Shown: positions 35,741 to 48,579 of the stretch, in pieces
How positions within the stretch are numbered: position 1 is the stretch's first letter
Layout: every line of letters starts with the position of its first letter
NCBI RefSeq assembly: GCF_009834535.1
Contig: NC_045713.1
Coordinates: 23,312,001 to 23,376,000 of the forward strand
Length of the DNA: 64,000 nt
Direction of reading: 5' to 3'
Source of the DNA: Camelus ferus
Taxonomy: Eukaryota
Notes under the pieces: generated by a model
The model's database searches: none
The model's input: only the letters and a program-made list of their open reading frames with translations
What the model was told of the DNA's origin: nothing
Position numbers and translations under genes: made by a program

Positions 35741-36599
35741 ACATATAATTAGTGTCTAGTAATATGTATATGTATGTCTGTGTCCATCAACTAACTCTCT
35801 TTGGACCTGTAAATATTTCTGTGTCTCCATATGTATCTATAAATGTATTCATGTATCTGTCAATCTCTCTCTATCTCTACACACAACATACACAATACAC
35901 ACACATAACACATACATTCAGTTTCCTTTCTTGAAGTGCTAATTAATTGGCACAACTTCATGAACATTTCACCCCTTGTCTTTATGGGACTGAGAGAATT
36001 GTGCTGAGAAATGGGGTCTTGCCCCTTCCCACTGCCCACCCAGCATAGACATGAGGCCTGTTCCTTTATTCTTTTAGACTCAGTTAACACGGTCTACAGT
36101 GTTTAGCTGGCTCTACTGACACCAGAGGAGTTGAAAAGAGACAAGAAGGACTTAAGGCCTGATATGAGCTATCCTGTGGGAGTCCGTCAGCCATGTAGCT
36201 TATATTGACTTGTGGGTCCTTGATCATTTGTCATTCGTGTTGTTAATATTATCTCTCTCAACCAATGAGATTTTTGACTAGCCAAAAAACAAGCAACATT
36301 CCAAGAAGACTGTTTTTTCGTGGCCATAAACTACGCGTAAAGAGCTCTTTCTTCCAAGAGATGCAAAATGGTTTAACAGTGTGTTTTTATTTGGAATGCA
36401 TTTTTCATTAAAAAGTAACATAGCGCTGTTACTGAGCCCCTAATGGAAAATTATGACGAAAATAAAAAATATTCATCATAATACAATCAGCATTACATTT
36501 GCAGTGTATTCCTTCCCGTGCACTCTTTAATTTATGTGGCTTTGATCATAATGAGCATGAACTTTAGATTTTTAAAAAAAAAAATGAAACACTGTCTCA

Positions 36600-37470
36600 T
36601 AGGTACCTAGTGATCTAGTTTCTATAACCATAATTTTAAATAGCTGTCAAATACTTCACTGAGTGTGTGCGTGTGTAAAACTATAAAGTATTAAATTGCT
36701 ATTCTGTTAGGGAGAGTTAAATTTTACCTTTTTTTATTCTAAATAATGTTCCAATGAGCATCTTTTCCTATATTTAAGATTATGTTTTTAGGACAGATTC
36801 CTAGAAATATAATTACAGGATCAGGGAAAAGGGAATATTTTATATGGCTATTTTATATGTATATATTTACAACTTGCTTTTCAAAGGGGTCATGCCAACT
36901 TATAAAGCCACTGCAAAGGGTTTGAGTGTGCTTTCTCTGGATCCCCACCAGTTGTGGGTGTTAGAGCTACTTCGACATTTTTTCTAACAGGAACTATATC
37001 GTTGCTGTTTAATTGAAATTTCTCTGATTACCAGTAAGGTTAGTTATTTTATATGCTACATCTCTGGGTACATTTTCTCAATAGATATCTGCCTTATGTT
37101 TTAACAATTCAGCTGCCCAGATTACACTTAGAGAGCGTAACACATACATGACTGAAAGTTCTATGCATCAAACCAAACAAAAACGCATATGCATTTTCAA
37201 AGATTGCATTGTATAATCTCAGTATTATATAATTCGTCTGTGTATAATTATTAGTCTGTGTTCTAATGTATCATCCAAATAATTTCTATTATTCATGAGT
37301 GTGATCTTAAACAAAATCAGTATGTGAGAATCGGTTTACTTCACTTACTCTCTATAACAAGGGAGGTAGTGATCCTTCTTTCTTGATGTTCTTTCTTGAT
37401 TTTCTAATAAGTAATTCATGCACATGGTACCAAATTCAAGATGTACAAAAGGGCATATAGTGAAAGGCAA
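36600..37470 (-). mobile_element. Old L1ME-type fragments (~36600-37060 and ~37400-37470)
   Basis: 'ggacagattcctagaaatataattacaggatca', 'aattgaaatttctctgattaccagtaaggtt', 'catgcacatggtaccaaattcaagatgtacaaaagggcatatagtgaa'. Confidence 0.6.
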
Positions 37471-37639
37471 GGACTGACTTAAGACGTATTTATACCTAGC
37501 AAGCTATTTCCAAACACCAATCCAAACATTTAACCTAATGTGAATGAATGTTTTCGAGTAGAGAGAGATTCCAATGTGAATGCTATAGAATGATTCTTCC
37601 AAATTCTTGATGCCCTACTATAGCAAAACCACGTTTCCA

Positions 37640-37925
37640 AATCAAGAAGTTATTTCCAGTCTTCTTGTTCTTTGCCATCTCTCACTGTAGAGGCTGAAAA
37701 GCCAGTATTTTTCTACCACAAGCTCTCTTAAAACTTCCTTGAGACAAAAGCATGATAAAAGTGGTTAGTCAAGGGTGGTACACCTGTTCCCTTTCCTCCT
37801 TCTCCCTGCCTGGAACATAGACGTGATGCCTGGAGCTGTGGCAATCATTTCCTGACCTTGAGGAAGTGTGAGGGGGAACCACAGATACATCAGCTCTGAT
37901 GCAGCAACCATCTTCTTCCAGATGA
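37640..37925 (+). mobile_element. MLT1 (H-K-like) LTR fragment
   Basis: 'ccctgcctggaacatagacgtgatgcctggagctgtggcaatcatttcctgaccttgagg'. Confidence 0.65.
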
Positions 37926-37964
37926 GATCTTTTCGAACTTGGTGCACATAAAAATCGCCTAAAG

Positions 37965-38105
37965 GCTTTCTTTAAAGCACAGGTTGCTGGTCCACAGTCC
38001 CAGAAATGCTAGTTTAGCAGGTCTGAGATGGGATGCAAGAATTGTGTTTCTGTCCAAATTTCAGACAATGCTGATGCTTCTGGTCCACAGCCCACACTTG
38101 GAAAA
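37965..38105. mobile_element. MER5A
   Basis: 'aaagcacaggttgctggtccacagtcccaga...gcaggtctgagatggg...gctgatgcttctggtcc...cacacttgga'. Confidence 0.75.
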
Positions 38106-41100
38106 TTAAGGGGCTAGACTTAGTTTGCGAAGAATAAAGCCCTGTTTTTCAAAGCCAGTGCAATTGATGTTGCTTGCACCTAAGGAAGTAGTAACTGATT
38201 TCCTGCTAGGTCCATTTATTCCTGCTCCATGTGCACCATTTACTCTAGCAAGGGATGTGAAGATTAGTCTAGTTGTACGTAGGTGAGAATGACAGCAGTG
38301 GTCAGTGGTCAAGGCCAGTCAGGAGCCTCCCACTCCAGGAGTGTTGGCCTGTCCCCTGTCTCCTCCGGGTGCCTCTCTTTTTCTGAGAGGGGATGAGCTA
38401 CAGGGGAAAAAGTGTGGAAGAGTCTGAAGGTGATCTTTAAGAATGGAAAGAGCGATAGCCACACCCCCATTGCCTGCTACTGAACTAGGAGAGTGTTACA
38501 GAAAACGGCAGTGTCCTTGTTCCGAAAGCTTGGTACCCAAAGCTGCAGAGTTTGGTGTGCAACAGCCCACATCCTCTATCTCATCTCCCGGTTTGTCTTT
38601 GGAACAGACAGGGCTTGGTTGGGAAGCCCTTTCTCCAAGGATTAATTGCATCAAGATCAACCCGATCTGGAATGTGCGTTTAATACTTGGGAATGATGTC
38701 AGTAATAGATGTAAGAGATTTTTATATTAGATAACTGCTCATTAAAAGTCAGTCCTTTCCTCTAGGGTTTTAAAAGAGAAAGTATTCACCTTTTGCAAAT
38801 GAGGAGAGTGAAATTTACTTTAACTCATGCTACAATGAAAACTGGAAGAAAGGGAATTGCTCACAATACAATATCACTCCACTAAATTTGCATAATTTAG
38901 GCGTAAAATGTAATACCCTGCTCACACTCTTTTGTCTTGAATGAAATTGGTTTTCAAGTAACGTGTGGGGAATCATAACCAGCTTTAGCAAAATGGTTAA
39001 TGTCGGAAAGCAAAAGTTCCTATTAGCCTAGGAGGCATTGCCGGGTCCCCCATTTATAACAAAGTTTGTCGTGTGGTTTTATGCAAAGGACTTTGTGGAC
39101 TTAACTGAAACATTTGGGCCAGGCTTTTGGGGGTATTGAATGGAGTAATTAACCATTTGGGACCTTAATGCAATCTTCCCCTGGAATTCTTAAAAGTCGT
39201 CGGGTGATCATTATGGTAAGAATGTTAAAAAATGTGACTTAAGTTCCTATAAATCCTTCTCTCCAAAGAGCCCCAAATTCTTCTTGTACTTTAGTATTGC
39301 AGATAGATTTTCAGTAATGTAGCGGGAAGCTGTTGAGGTATAGCCCAACAGACACTGAAACTGAGGTTCAGAAAGGGAATGCCTCTCCCAAGGCCGTAGG
39401 TGGAAGCGCTGTTAGAATTTAAGAGCACAGACTTTCTGAATCTTGTCGTGTGGACTGGTCCTTTCATCAGCAGGTCTAAATGTCTAAAGAACTGCTCATC
39501 GAAAGCATTGGCTTCCAGGAACATTTTCTTCATTAACCTCTTCAGACTTCTGTGTGAAGTGAAATGTCGTCATTTTCTATTGACTTTTCTTGTCTTTAAA
39601 GTGGTGATCGTAGCTCATTCCTCCTGAGATTTTTAACAGGGGAAAGAGTCATCTTATTATTATTGTCTCACATGCCTTTCTGTTGCAGACACTCTTAGTT
39701 TTTGACCCCAGCCCTCCACAAACGTGTTACCCGAGATTCCCTGGAAGCTCTTTGAAAGCATACCTCCAGAGCTCTTGACTTGGGAAGTCTGCAGTGAGAC
39801 CTGGGTGTTTGAATTGTTTTTTTCTTTTTTTTTTTGCAACTGGGGGTGGCTGTGGAACCAATGACACACGAGTGAAGTCTGAAGGAAGCTTCTAAGCTTG
39901 CACAAGCCTTTTTGCCCCTTGCCTCTCCCCCTTTATGCTTCTTCTTGCCTGGAAGGGGTATTCTGTTCAGAAAATGGAACCACCATCTCATGCTCAGGAA
40001 TCAAGAAGCCAGTATGGGGAGGGGACAGGGATAATGAAGAATCACCCGAGAGCCTCCACCTCCAAATGTCTGTTTTGTGACATGAGGGAACTATGTGGTT
40101 ACTGACTATAACAATCCGTAACCTATTTCTCATGCACACACACAAACCTTTTGGACTGTCTGTGTAATAAAAGTGGAGGTGAAGGGGAAAAGTGATCAGC
40201 ATTTATTTTAAATGATGTATGCCTCCCGTGCCCCAGAGTTCTTTGAGGGCCATGGGTAGATGTGATGTGCAGAACTGAGGCCTTTTTGGCTTATCGCAGT
40301 GACAGGCCATGCCATGCGGACGCATCAGCCTCTGAGAGGTAGTTAAGATAAATGACGTCCCCTTACCTTTTACCCTAGAGACCGCAGTGTCGTTCTCCAG
40401 CCTGAAAGGCCATTTGTAAAGCTCAGAGTTGCCTTAGCTGTTAAACCAGGAGCAAAACTCCAAAGCTAAGCTCTTTCTCCAAGGAGAAGACGTCACGTGG
40501 GGCTCGGCTGTCCTGGCGCCTGGTCTGTGAGGACTTTCCCTCGCCTTGTCTGTTGTGTGTTGCCTTTCTGTTTCCACCCTGCCTTTCCCTCCGTGCGTTT
40601 CGGGACAAGCACATGGGAACGGCTCATACAGATGCTTCTAAGGGTTAAGTCACACACATAAGAATGGATTTTGCTTTATGAGCAGCTCATAAAAAGAGAT
40701 AAGTTGTTATTTGCTTTTTATGCATGTAGGAAAATAGAGCATGAGCTAATAGTACTTTCTGTGGAGGAGGAAGGAGAAATTTAGTATGTATATGAATTTA
40801 ATGCAAAATACGAGCCCGAATGTAAATATTGGTTTCCTTCCAGATTTTCAAGACTCCAGGAAAAAAAAAACGAAAAGAAAAAAAACCCAGAAAGATTGTC
40901 TTTACTTGTAATTCTGTGGATGGACGACATCCTCTCACTGTTGGAAAAAATGGATGGTTTTAAATACAGAATATATACATTTTAAACTTAGTGGTCTTTA
41001 AAATTTAAAGAGGAAACTTTTCTTTGGATTGAATGTTGCATACTTCATGTTTTGAAGTGTTATTTGTTCCTAAAAATGTGATCCAAATCCCCTATTTTAA

Positions 41101-41399
41101 AGAAAAATAAAAGACATGATTCTCCTTTTGTAATTCAGCACAACAAAAAATGCCTCCTTTTTCCAGCATGCACTTGACCATGAATCTCCTTTTAAGTCAA
41201 GATTACACTTATATGAGGGAAATAATAAGAGGAGAAAATTATAGATAATAATAAATGTATTTTCCCCATCTTCTTAGTAAAAGACTTTATAGCTATATGC
41301 AAATAGCTGTTTCCTTTGCAAAAACAAGATGCTGGGAGAATTGAGGAGATAAATTCAATAAATTAGTGACTGGAATGAATCTATTTAATTCTCAAAAAA

Positions 41400-41630
41400 T
41401 AACAATAATCACTAATGTCTATTGAGCACTAACTGTGTACCTGGTACTTTACGTATATTAACTCATTTAATAATTAGAACATTGTCGGGAAAATGCTCTT
41501 ATTATTTCCATTGTACACAAGAGGGGATTGAGGCTTAAATGAATGTCCTTCTGATTGCACTGTCGTTCAGTGGACGGCTCAGAACTGCAGCTCAGGCCAC
41601 CCCATTCGAGAACCTTTGTTCTCAACCTAG
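41400..41630 (-). mobile_element. MIR
   Basis: 'tattgagcactaactgtgtacctggtactttacgtatattaactcatttaat...ttattatttccattgtacac'. Confidence 0.8.
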
Positions 41631-41634
41631 TAGT

Positions 41635-42030
41635 GTATCAATTAGCTTCTGCTCCATCAAACTACCCCAAAACCTAGAGGCTTAGAATAATCATTAATTC
41701 AGCTCACAATTCCGTGGGTCAATGGTGTGGGCTAGGATCCGCTAGGTGGAGGAAGTCGGGGGAAGCTTCGGGAGGTCAGGTGACAGAGCTGAGTTTAGAA
41801 ACTTAATTTCTTTACTCATAACAATACAAAAGGACATTTACTTGTTTGATGGAGCAGATGTCTTATGCGACACCTTCAGGAAAGAGCTGCCCTGTGATTT
41901 TTGGGCAGGTGATATCTAAGGATATCCCTTAGGGATGTGGATGTGCACGGGAGAAAGGGACAGAATGAAAACATGAAGGGAGGATCCTCTAGGAAGCTGT
42001 GCTGTTTATAATTCACACACTGACTTGGTT
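41635..42030 (-). mobile_element. MLT1-type LTR (degenerate; right boundary uncertain)
   Basis: 'tgtatcaattagct...caaactaccccaaaacctagaggcttagaataatc...cagctcacaattccgtgggtc'. Confidence 0.55.
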
Positions 42031-42197
42031 GTGGGCTGATCTCTATACAAGCAGTGCTAAATGTTGTAGAAAGTAAGCAGACGGGGTCCTCCAACGTTTG
42101 AGGACATGTAGTCTGGGAGGAGAAATACTGAACTAATAAACTGTTTTGCCAGTTACCACTTGTGGTACATGGTCGGCATAAAATAGTGCATTTAAGA

Positions 42198-43558
42198 AAG
42201 TTGAAGTATATTTAATTTACCATGTTGTGTTAGTTTCACATGTACAACATAGTGATTCAATATACATACATATATATATATGTATTCTTTTTCATTATGG
42301 GTTATTACAAGATATTGAATATAGTTCCCTGTGGTCTACAGTAGGACCTTTTTGTTTATCTGTTTTATATGTAGTAGTGTGTATGCACTAATCCCAAACT
42401 CCTAATTTACCCCTCCTCCCCTTCCCCTTTGGTAACCATAAGTTTGTTTTCTATGTGAGTCTGTTTCTGTTTTGTATAAGTTTATTTGTGTCATTTTTAA
42501 GATTCCACATATCAGTGATATCATATGGTATTTGTCTTTCTCTGTCTGATTTACTCCNNNNNNNNNNNNNNNNNNNNNNNNNNNNNNNNNNNNNNNNNNN
42601 NNNNNNNNNNNNNNNNNNNNNNNNNNNNNNNNNNNNNNNNNNNNNNNNNNNNNNNNNNNNNNNNNNNNNNNNNNNNNNNNNNNNNNNNNNNNNNNNNNNN
42701 NNNNNNNNNNNNNNNNNNNNNNNNNNNNNNNNNNNNNNNNNNNNNNNNNNNNNNNNNNNNNNNNNNNNNNNNNNNNNNNNNNNNNNNNNNNNNNNNNNNN
42801 NNNNNNNNNNNNNNNNNNNNNNNNNNNNNNGTGTCTTTTTGAATTAGAGTTTTCTCTGGATATACACCCAGGAATGGGATTGCTGGATCACAGGGTAAGT
42901 CTATTTTTAGTTTTTTAAGGAATCTCCACTGATTTCCATAATGGCTGCACCAAATTACATTCCCATCAACAGTGTAGGAGGGTCCCTTTTCTCCACACCC
43001 TTTCCAGCATTTGTCATTTGTGGACTTTTTATTAATGGCTATTCTGACTGGTGTGAGGTGATACCTCATTGCAGTTTTGATTTGCATTTCTCTGATAATT
43101 AACAATATTAAGCATATGCCTATTGGTGATCTGTATATCTTCATTGGAGAAATATCTTTTTAGGTTTTCTGCCCATTTTTGGATTGGGTTGTTTGTTTAT
43201 TTTGTTGTTGAGTTTTATGAGCTGTTTGTGTGTTCTGAAAGTTAAGCCCTTATCAGTTGCATCATTTGCAAATATTTTCCCCCAGTCCATAGATTGCCTT
43301 TTCATTTTGTTTATGATGTCTTTTGCTGTGCAAAAGCTTATTAGTTTAATTAGGTACCAGTTGTTTATTTTTGCTTTTATTTCTGTTGCCTTTGGAGACT
43401 GACCTAGGAAAATAGTGCAATGATTTATGTCAGAGAATGTTTTACCTATGTTATCTTCTCTATGTATGGTGTCCTGTCTTATGTTTAAGCCTTTAAGCCA
43501 TTTTGAGTTTATTTTTGTGTGTGGTATGAGGGAATGTTCTAGCTTTGTTGATTCACAT
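42198..43558 (-). mobile_element. 5'-truncated L1 with decayed ORF2p C-terminal region and 3'UTR, interrupted by a gap
   Basis: Minus ORFs 43141..43590 (KINSKWLKGLN...KLISFCTAK...WGKIFAN) and 42551..43144 ([17 protein letters not shown]...KCWKGCGEKG...LPCDPAIPFLGVYP) are frameshifted L1 ORF2p including the Cys-rich domain. 3'UTR at 42198-42557. Confidence 0.97.
42558..42830. other. Assembly gap (273 N) inside L1
   Basis: Run of N flanked by collinear L1 sequence. Confidence 0.99.
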
Positions 43559-45189
43559 TGGCTTCTCTTCTTGTTTTGACACTTATTCACAATAAGTCCT
43601 GGGGGGCCACTCTACCTACCAGAATTTAATGGCTTTGTCCCTAGGTCAGCTTTGATTGATGCTGACCTAGGTCACAAGGATGTCAATTCCAATTGATAGG
43701 TAAAGAGTTTGAGGCCACTGGTGATCTCTGTGGGCCAGGATTCTGTAATTGATTAGGGATGTCTGCCATGGACTTAGAATGAGGAGGCAGGGTTGTGTGT
43801 GCTGTATATATTTGTCATTCTCTTAGCTCTTCCATTTTTCATCACAGTGTGTTCTACAGATTTTACTGCTTGTTGGAAAAATTTTGTAGCTTTCCAGTTT
43901 TCTTGTCCTGATTTTTAAAAATGCAGCAATAATTGAAAACAATCAAGGAGGGGACTAAATACATCAAAACAATACTCTGCACACTTGCTTCAAAGGGATC
44001 AAACTAAGCAAATCATGCACAGGAGGGAAGTGGATTTGTCTGTCTCTCATTTGTAATATTATTAGTGTGATTAATATACGAAGACCAATATTTCCTGAAG
44101 TTTGTAATTTGCTCTGTTCCTTCTTGAGCTTTGTGTTTCCCAGAATAATCACGCCGATCCATTTCCTTAAAAATGTATTGAATGCCTAAGAGCTCATTTA
44201 GCAATGGAGCAGCATAATTGGACACAGTGGGGAAACATCAGAGGAGCGGTTTGCTTCCTAAGGAGAGGAGAATGTGGTACGAGTCCCAGCCGGATGGAAT
44301 GTCACGCCAGGAGGGACCCCATTTTTGCACTGTGTCACTGAACAGCTTGTGTAAAGGCTGTTTATGGAATTAGGGCTGAGGACAGTGGCTCATTCTCAGA
44401 TGAATGGAGGGTTTCCCTGGATTGTAAAATGTATGTTCTTTTGAATATTGGGACCAAATGGGAGTAGAATGTTTCAACCTTTTTTTCCCCAACATGACAG
44501 TTTTTTTTTTTTTTTTTTTTTGCAATCCTGGTGGTTTTACAACTGGATTTCATCTTCATGAAATTTGAATGTGTATGTATGTGATCATTTCTACCCTCTT
44601 TCCCTTAAGTAGCCACTTTAAAAACATCTCCACCTTAGCTTTGAGATCGGCTGTCTTGTTACACAGGTGTCCAGGGAAGCATTCCTTTAATCCCAGTGTT
44701 AAAAACCGGAACAAAGGAGGGAGATCAGAGTCCTGAGGTCAAAACACGTTTAAGGTTCATGCTCTGTGATGTATCCGCAGACCTATGTGTGTCCTCAATC
44801 CTGTGCTCTCTCCTTTTCCAAAACAATTTAGTAACAGCAGTGACTTTGTGGTTTTCCACTTGGATTGGTAAGGACTGTCTGGGACCAATCAACCTGTTGA
44901 ATGTTAGCAGTGCTGACTGGGACAGGGCTTCTGCGTATCCATCCTCCCCCCCACCTCTTCTGTGAGTTGAGGGCAGCATCAATGCCCTTTCCCGGGAATC
45001 AGGCTTTGGAAAACCATGCTGCACAATCCCGGGGGGCGCTGTTCCCATTGAATGTGACAGAGGCTACTATCCTATGCGGGGACCCTGATGTCCACCTACC
45101 AGGGAAATTCACATTGTTTCCTGAGGTCAGGGGGAGGGTGAGACAGAAGGAGCTGAAGCTGGAAAGGAGGTCTGGGCCAAATGACAAAG

Positions 45190-45478
45190 TGCGTGGTGAA
45201 GAGAAAGTTCTGCATCTGGACTTTGGTTGTGGTTACATGAATTCAGACCTAGGATAAATTTTCATAGAACTACACACACACACACAAACACACACACAGA
45301 GAGTGCGCATGCGTGCTGAGTAAGGTCTATCGTTGCATCAGTATTGGTTTCCTGGTCTGAATACTGTAAGATGTTTCCACTGGGGGAAGCTGAGTGAACA
45401 ATCCATAGGGTCTCTCTCTACTGTTTTTGGAAATTCTTGTGAGCCTAAAATTATTTCAAAATTAAAAAAAAAAAAAAG
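45190..45478 (+). mobile_element. L1MC/MB-type 3' end with (CA)n and poly(A) tail
   Basis: 'gttctgcatctggactttggttgtggttacatga...ctgggggaagctgagtgaa...aattcttgtgagcctaaaattatttcaaaattaaaaaa'. Confidence 0.8.
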
Positions 45479-45607
45479 ATTTACAGCTTGGGAAGGATGT
45501 TGGTCGATTCAGTTAGCAGTGCGTTGAACATAATGGGCTCTCTACTGTTAAGACCTCAGCCAAGCCCTCAACTCTCTTTCTTGGCTCAGAGCTTGGCCTT
45601 AACTCTC

Positions 45608-46150
45608 TGTTGGGGAAGGGACTATAACCCCCTTCGTCTTGTAAGTTCTTTTGGCTGGTCAAATCGTGAGGATAACTTAAGGCACATTAACAGGAGAAAA
45701 TCAAATTCATTATGTACATCTGGGGAATTCATGTAAGCATGAAGACAGTAAGGCAAGATGAGGTGTATTTGCCGTTCTGGACCAAGGAGAAGGAGGTAGC
45801 GGTCTGGCATTTTAAGGGGAAGTAAGGTAATTCACAGGAAGATGAAAAGAGGTAGTTTGGTGAACAAGTGTCTGCTGGGCCACCTGGAGACAGTGGGATA
45901 CAGGCAGGACTTTGATCAAATGGGCCTTGCTAGGTTCCTTCCGGCCCACCACACTCAGTTCATATGTTACTATATTATCTATGGTGGTAGTGCCTTCTTG
46001 GGACAGGCTTTCTGTCTCAAATTCCTTTAGGCAGTTAGGGGGAAATTTAGAGGTTCTTCCTGAGTCTTTTGGGCCTTGCTTGGTTTCAGCTGGAAATAAC
46101 CCACCAGCCAGAGTGGCACATCTTGGGGCAGCCTGCTCTGAACCCCGTCA
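45608..46150 (-). mobile_element. ERV solo LTR (MER21/ERV1-group-like)
   Basis: TG...CA termini (tgttgggg...ctgaaccccgtca) with 4-bp flanks tctc/actc; terminal motif shared with the 29963-30442 LTR. Confidence 0.75.
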
Positions 46151-46299
46151 ACTCCTTCTTGGCCCTTCTTGTATTCTAACAGTGCGGGCTTCTGCTGACC
46201 TATCCACCTGGATTTCTTTTCAACCTTCTTGTAGGTGGACATTAACATTTCAGAAAGACCTGAGGGTTACGTAACTCATTTTGTCTTTGTCTCGTTTGT

Positions 46300-47230
46300 G
46301 ACTAGGACTTGTGAAAGTACCTACCTCGTAGACCTGTAAAAATTAAGTAAGATAATGAACTCAAATTGCTTACTGTGGTGCCTGACATTAGGAAACATCC
46401 AGCATATACTGGCCCTTGTAATGTAATTTTTGCCAGGTGCTCTTTGTGTGTTATATGTATGTGTGTGTGCATATTAAAAAAATTATCTATAATAACTCTA
46501 GTTTGAATAACTAGGTTGAATATTTTATCCCCATTGCACAGGTAAGGAAAAAAAGGCTCAGAGGGGTTAAGCAATTTGTCAAAGGTCACACAGAGAGTAA
46601 ACTGCAGTATAGAGATTACAGTCCTTGTCTACTTGGACCCAAATCCCTGTGTCTGTCACTGCATTCCATTTTATCTCTAAGCAAACTCAGGGGATCCGAC
46701 CATTATAAATGCAAAAGGAATGACTTATCCAGATAATTCCTCAACGACACGAAATGTCTAAAGACTGCTTTGGATTTGCCTTTGTTCTGTCTGAACTGTA
46801 ATAATGACAGTCATTAAAATCTTAATGGCAAGGGGTTTTTATTATAAACACATCTTCCTATAGATTTTGTTAAGTATTCTCTCTTTGTTATCTTGCTAAA
46901 ACAGAAGGGTGTTGTTTTGAGAAGGGAAACTCAGGAAATTACAGGCTGAGAAGAAGGAAGTACCCCCTCTGCTCCCCTGTGGAAGAAGTTTGTGAGAAAG
47001 AGAAGGAGCAATGCTGCGTTTTTAGATAAAAACCAAGTGACCAGACCTGACTCGTCTAGTCACTAGTTAGGTAACTTACCAGCATGTCAGTTACCTCTCT
47101 AAGTCCCACTTTCCTCAGTTGTAAAACCAGAATAAAAACAATAGCTTTGGAATTAGAAATGTCTATAAAGTGCCTGGTGTTAGAAGGCATCAAAATGTTG
47201 CTATGAGAGTAATGGCAGTAAATCTGTATC
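46300..47230. mobile_element. MIR fragments: ~46300-46400 (+), ~46500-46650 (-), ~47030-47230 (+)
   Basis: 'gtacctacctcgtag...gtggtgcctgacat'; 'aaggctcagaggggttaagcaatttgtcaaaggtcacacag'; 'ctttcctcagttgtaaaacc'. Confidence 0.7.
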
Positions 47231-47908
47231 CAAATTGAAACTGTCTTGTGGCCAGGCATCTTAAAATGAAGGTTTGAACTTTCTTAGAAACTAAGTATTT
47301 CCTCTTTGTAACTCTGTCTTGTGGTTTGCCCTTCGTCCAGGAACCCATGTCACACCACAAGTCCCCCGCAGCTCCTCTTAATACATGTTAATTGCCTTCC
47401 TTCCTGACGCTGGAGGACTTAAACAGTGGCTCACCTCGCAGGATGCCTCCTGGCAGGGAGAAACATCCCCAGAAGATAAAAGAACACATTTTCCTGTGCT
47501 TTGTTTTGATTTCTCCCTATTTCCAATTCCTATCCACAGCTTTCAAGACTCAGATCAAGTGTTACTGAGTTGGCGGCTCATAGCCCTGACTTCAAAGTAG
47601 GATCAATTGGGAAGAGTTTTAGAAACTATCAAAACTTGGACCCACTCTACACCAGTTAAATTAGAGTCCCAGGAGTTTTACACGCAGGCATCCTTACTTT
47701 CTAAAAGCTCCCCTGGTGGGTGATAGGCAGAGAACCTCTGATGTACCTGAATCTTATCCTAAACCCCACCTTCTGTCCCCCCTCAGCCCTATGAGGGTAA
47801 CTGCTTTTATGCACCATAGTACCTATTTGTTGATTAGAATGAATAAGTGATTTGGAAGAATGAGTGAATACCCCTCTAGGTCGTTAAATAACCATCATCT
47901 TGTACTTT

Positions 47909-48579
47909 TTTCTTCTTTAATTGAAGTGTAGTTGATTTACAGTATTGTGTTAGCTTCAGGTATACAGCAAACTAATTCCGTTTTTTTTTTTCAGATTATA
48001 TTCCATTATAGGTTATTACAAGATATGGAATATAATTCTGGTGCTATACAATAAATCCTTGTTGCTTATCTATTTTATTTATAGCAGTTTATATCTGTTA
48101 ATCCCGAACTCCTAATTTATCCCTCCCTCCCTTTCTCCTTTAGAAATGATAAGTTTGTTTCCAACACCTGCGAGTCTGTTTCTGTTTTATATATAGTTTC
48201 ATTCGTATAATTTTAGGTTCCACATGTAAGTGACATGTAGTATTTGTCTTTCTTTCTCTGACTGACTTCACTAAGTATACTATTCTGTAGATCCATCCAT
48301 GTTGCTGCAAATGGCTTTATTTCATTATTTTTTATGGCTGAGTAATATTCCATTGTATATAAATACCACATCTTCTTAAGCCCATTCCCTATTGATGGGC
48401 ACTTGGGTTGTTTCCATGTCTTGGCTATTATAAATAGTGCTGCTATCAATATTGGGGTGCATATGTCTTTTCAAATTAATTATTTTTTTTTCTAGATATA
48501 TACCCTGGGGTGGGATTGCTGGATCATATGGTAGCTCTATTTTTAGTTTTTTAAGGAACCTCCTTACTGTTTTCGATAG
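47909..48579 (-). mobile_element. Artiodactyl-type L1 3' end with 14-bp TSD (1 mismatch)
   Basis: TSD tcatcttgtacttt (47895-47908) / tcatcttgtatttt (48580-48593). ORF 48213..48449 (IAALFIIAKTWKQPKCPS...YTMEYYSAIK) is L1 ORF2p C-terminus. Confidence 0.95.

Noticed and set aside
39689-39793. 105-nt exon candidate (strong acceptor, GCA|gtgaga donor)
   Set aside because: Stops in all three frames and only a moderate donor; at best a non-coding or poison exon with no further support.
40279-40291. ggcctttttggct resembling the U2 snRNA 5' stem
   Set aside because: Only ~13 nt of similarity, not extendable on either side.
42551-43590. Protein-like ORFs as a host gene
   Set aside because: Frameshifted L1 ORF2p within a truncated L1.
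44781-44867. 36- or 87-nt exon candidates ending at TTG|gtaagg
   Set aside because: Acceptor ambiguous and peptide unrecognised; indistinguishable from chance.
45303-45314. NRF1-like tgcgcatgcgtg
   Set aside because: Imperfect, and lies at the end of a (CA)n tract inside an old L1.
42901-48546. MEF2-consensus CTATTTTTAG at 42901-42910 and 48537-48546
   Set aside because: Both at the same position of L1 ORF2, so a repeat-consensus feature rather than locus-specific.
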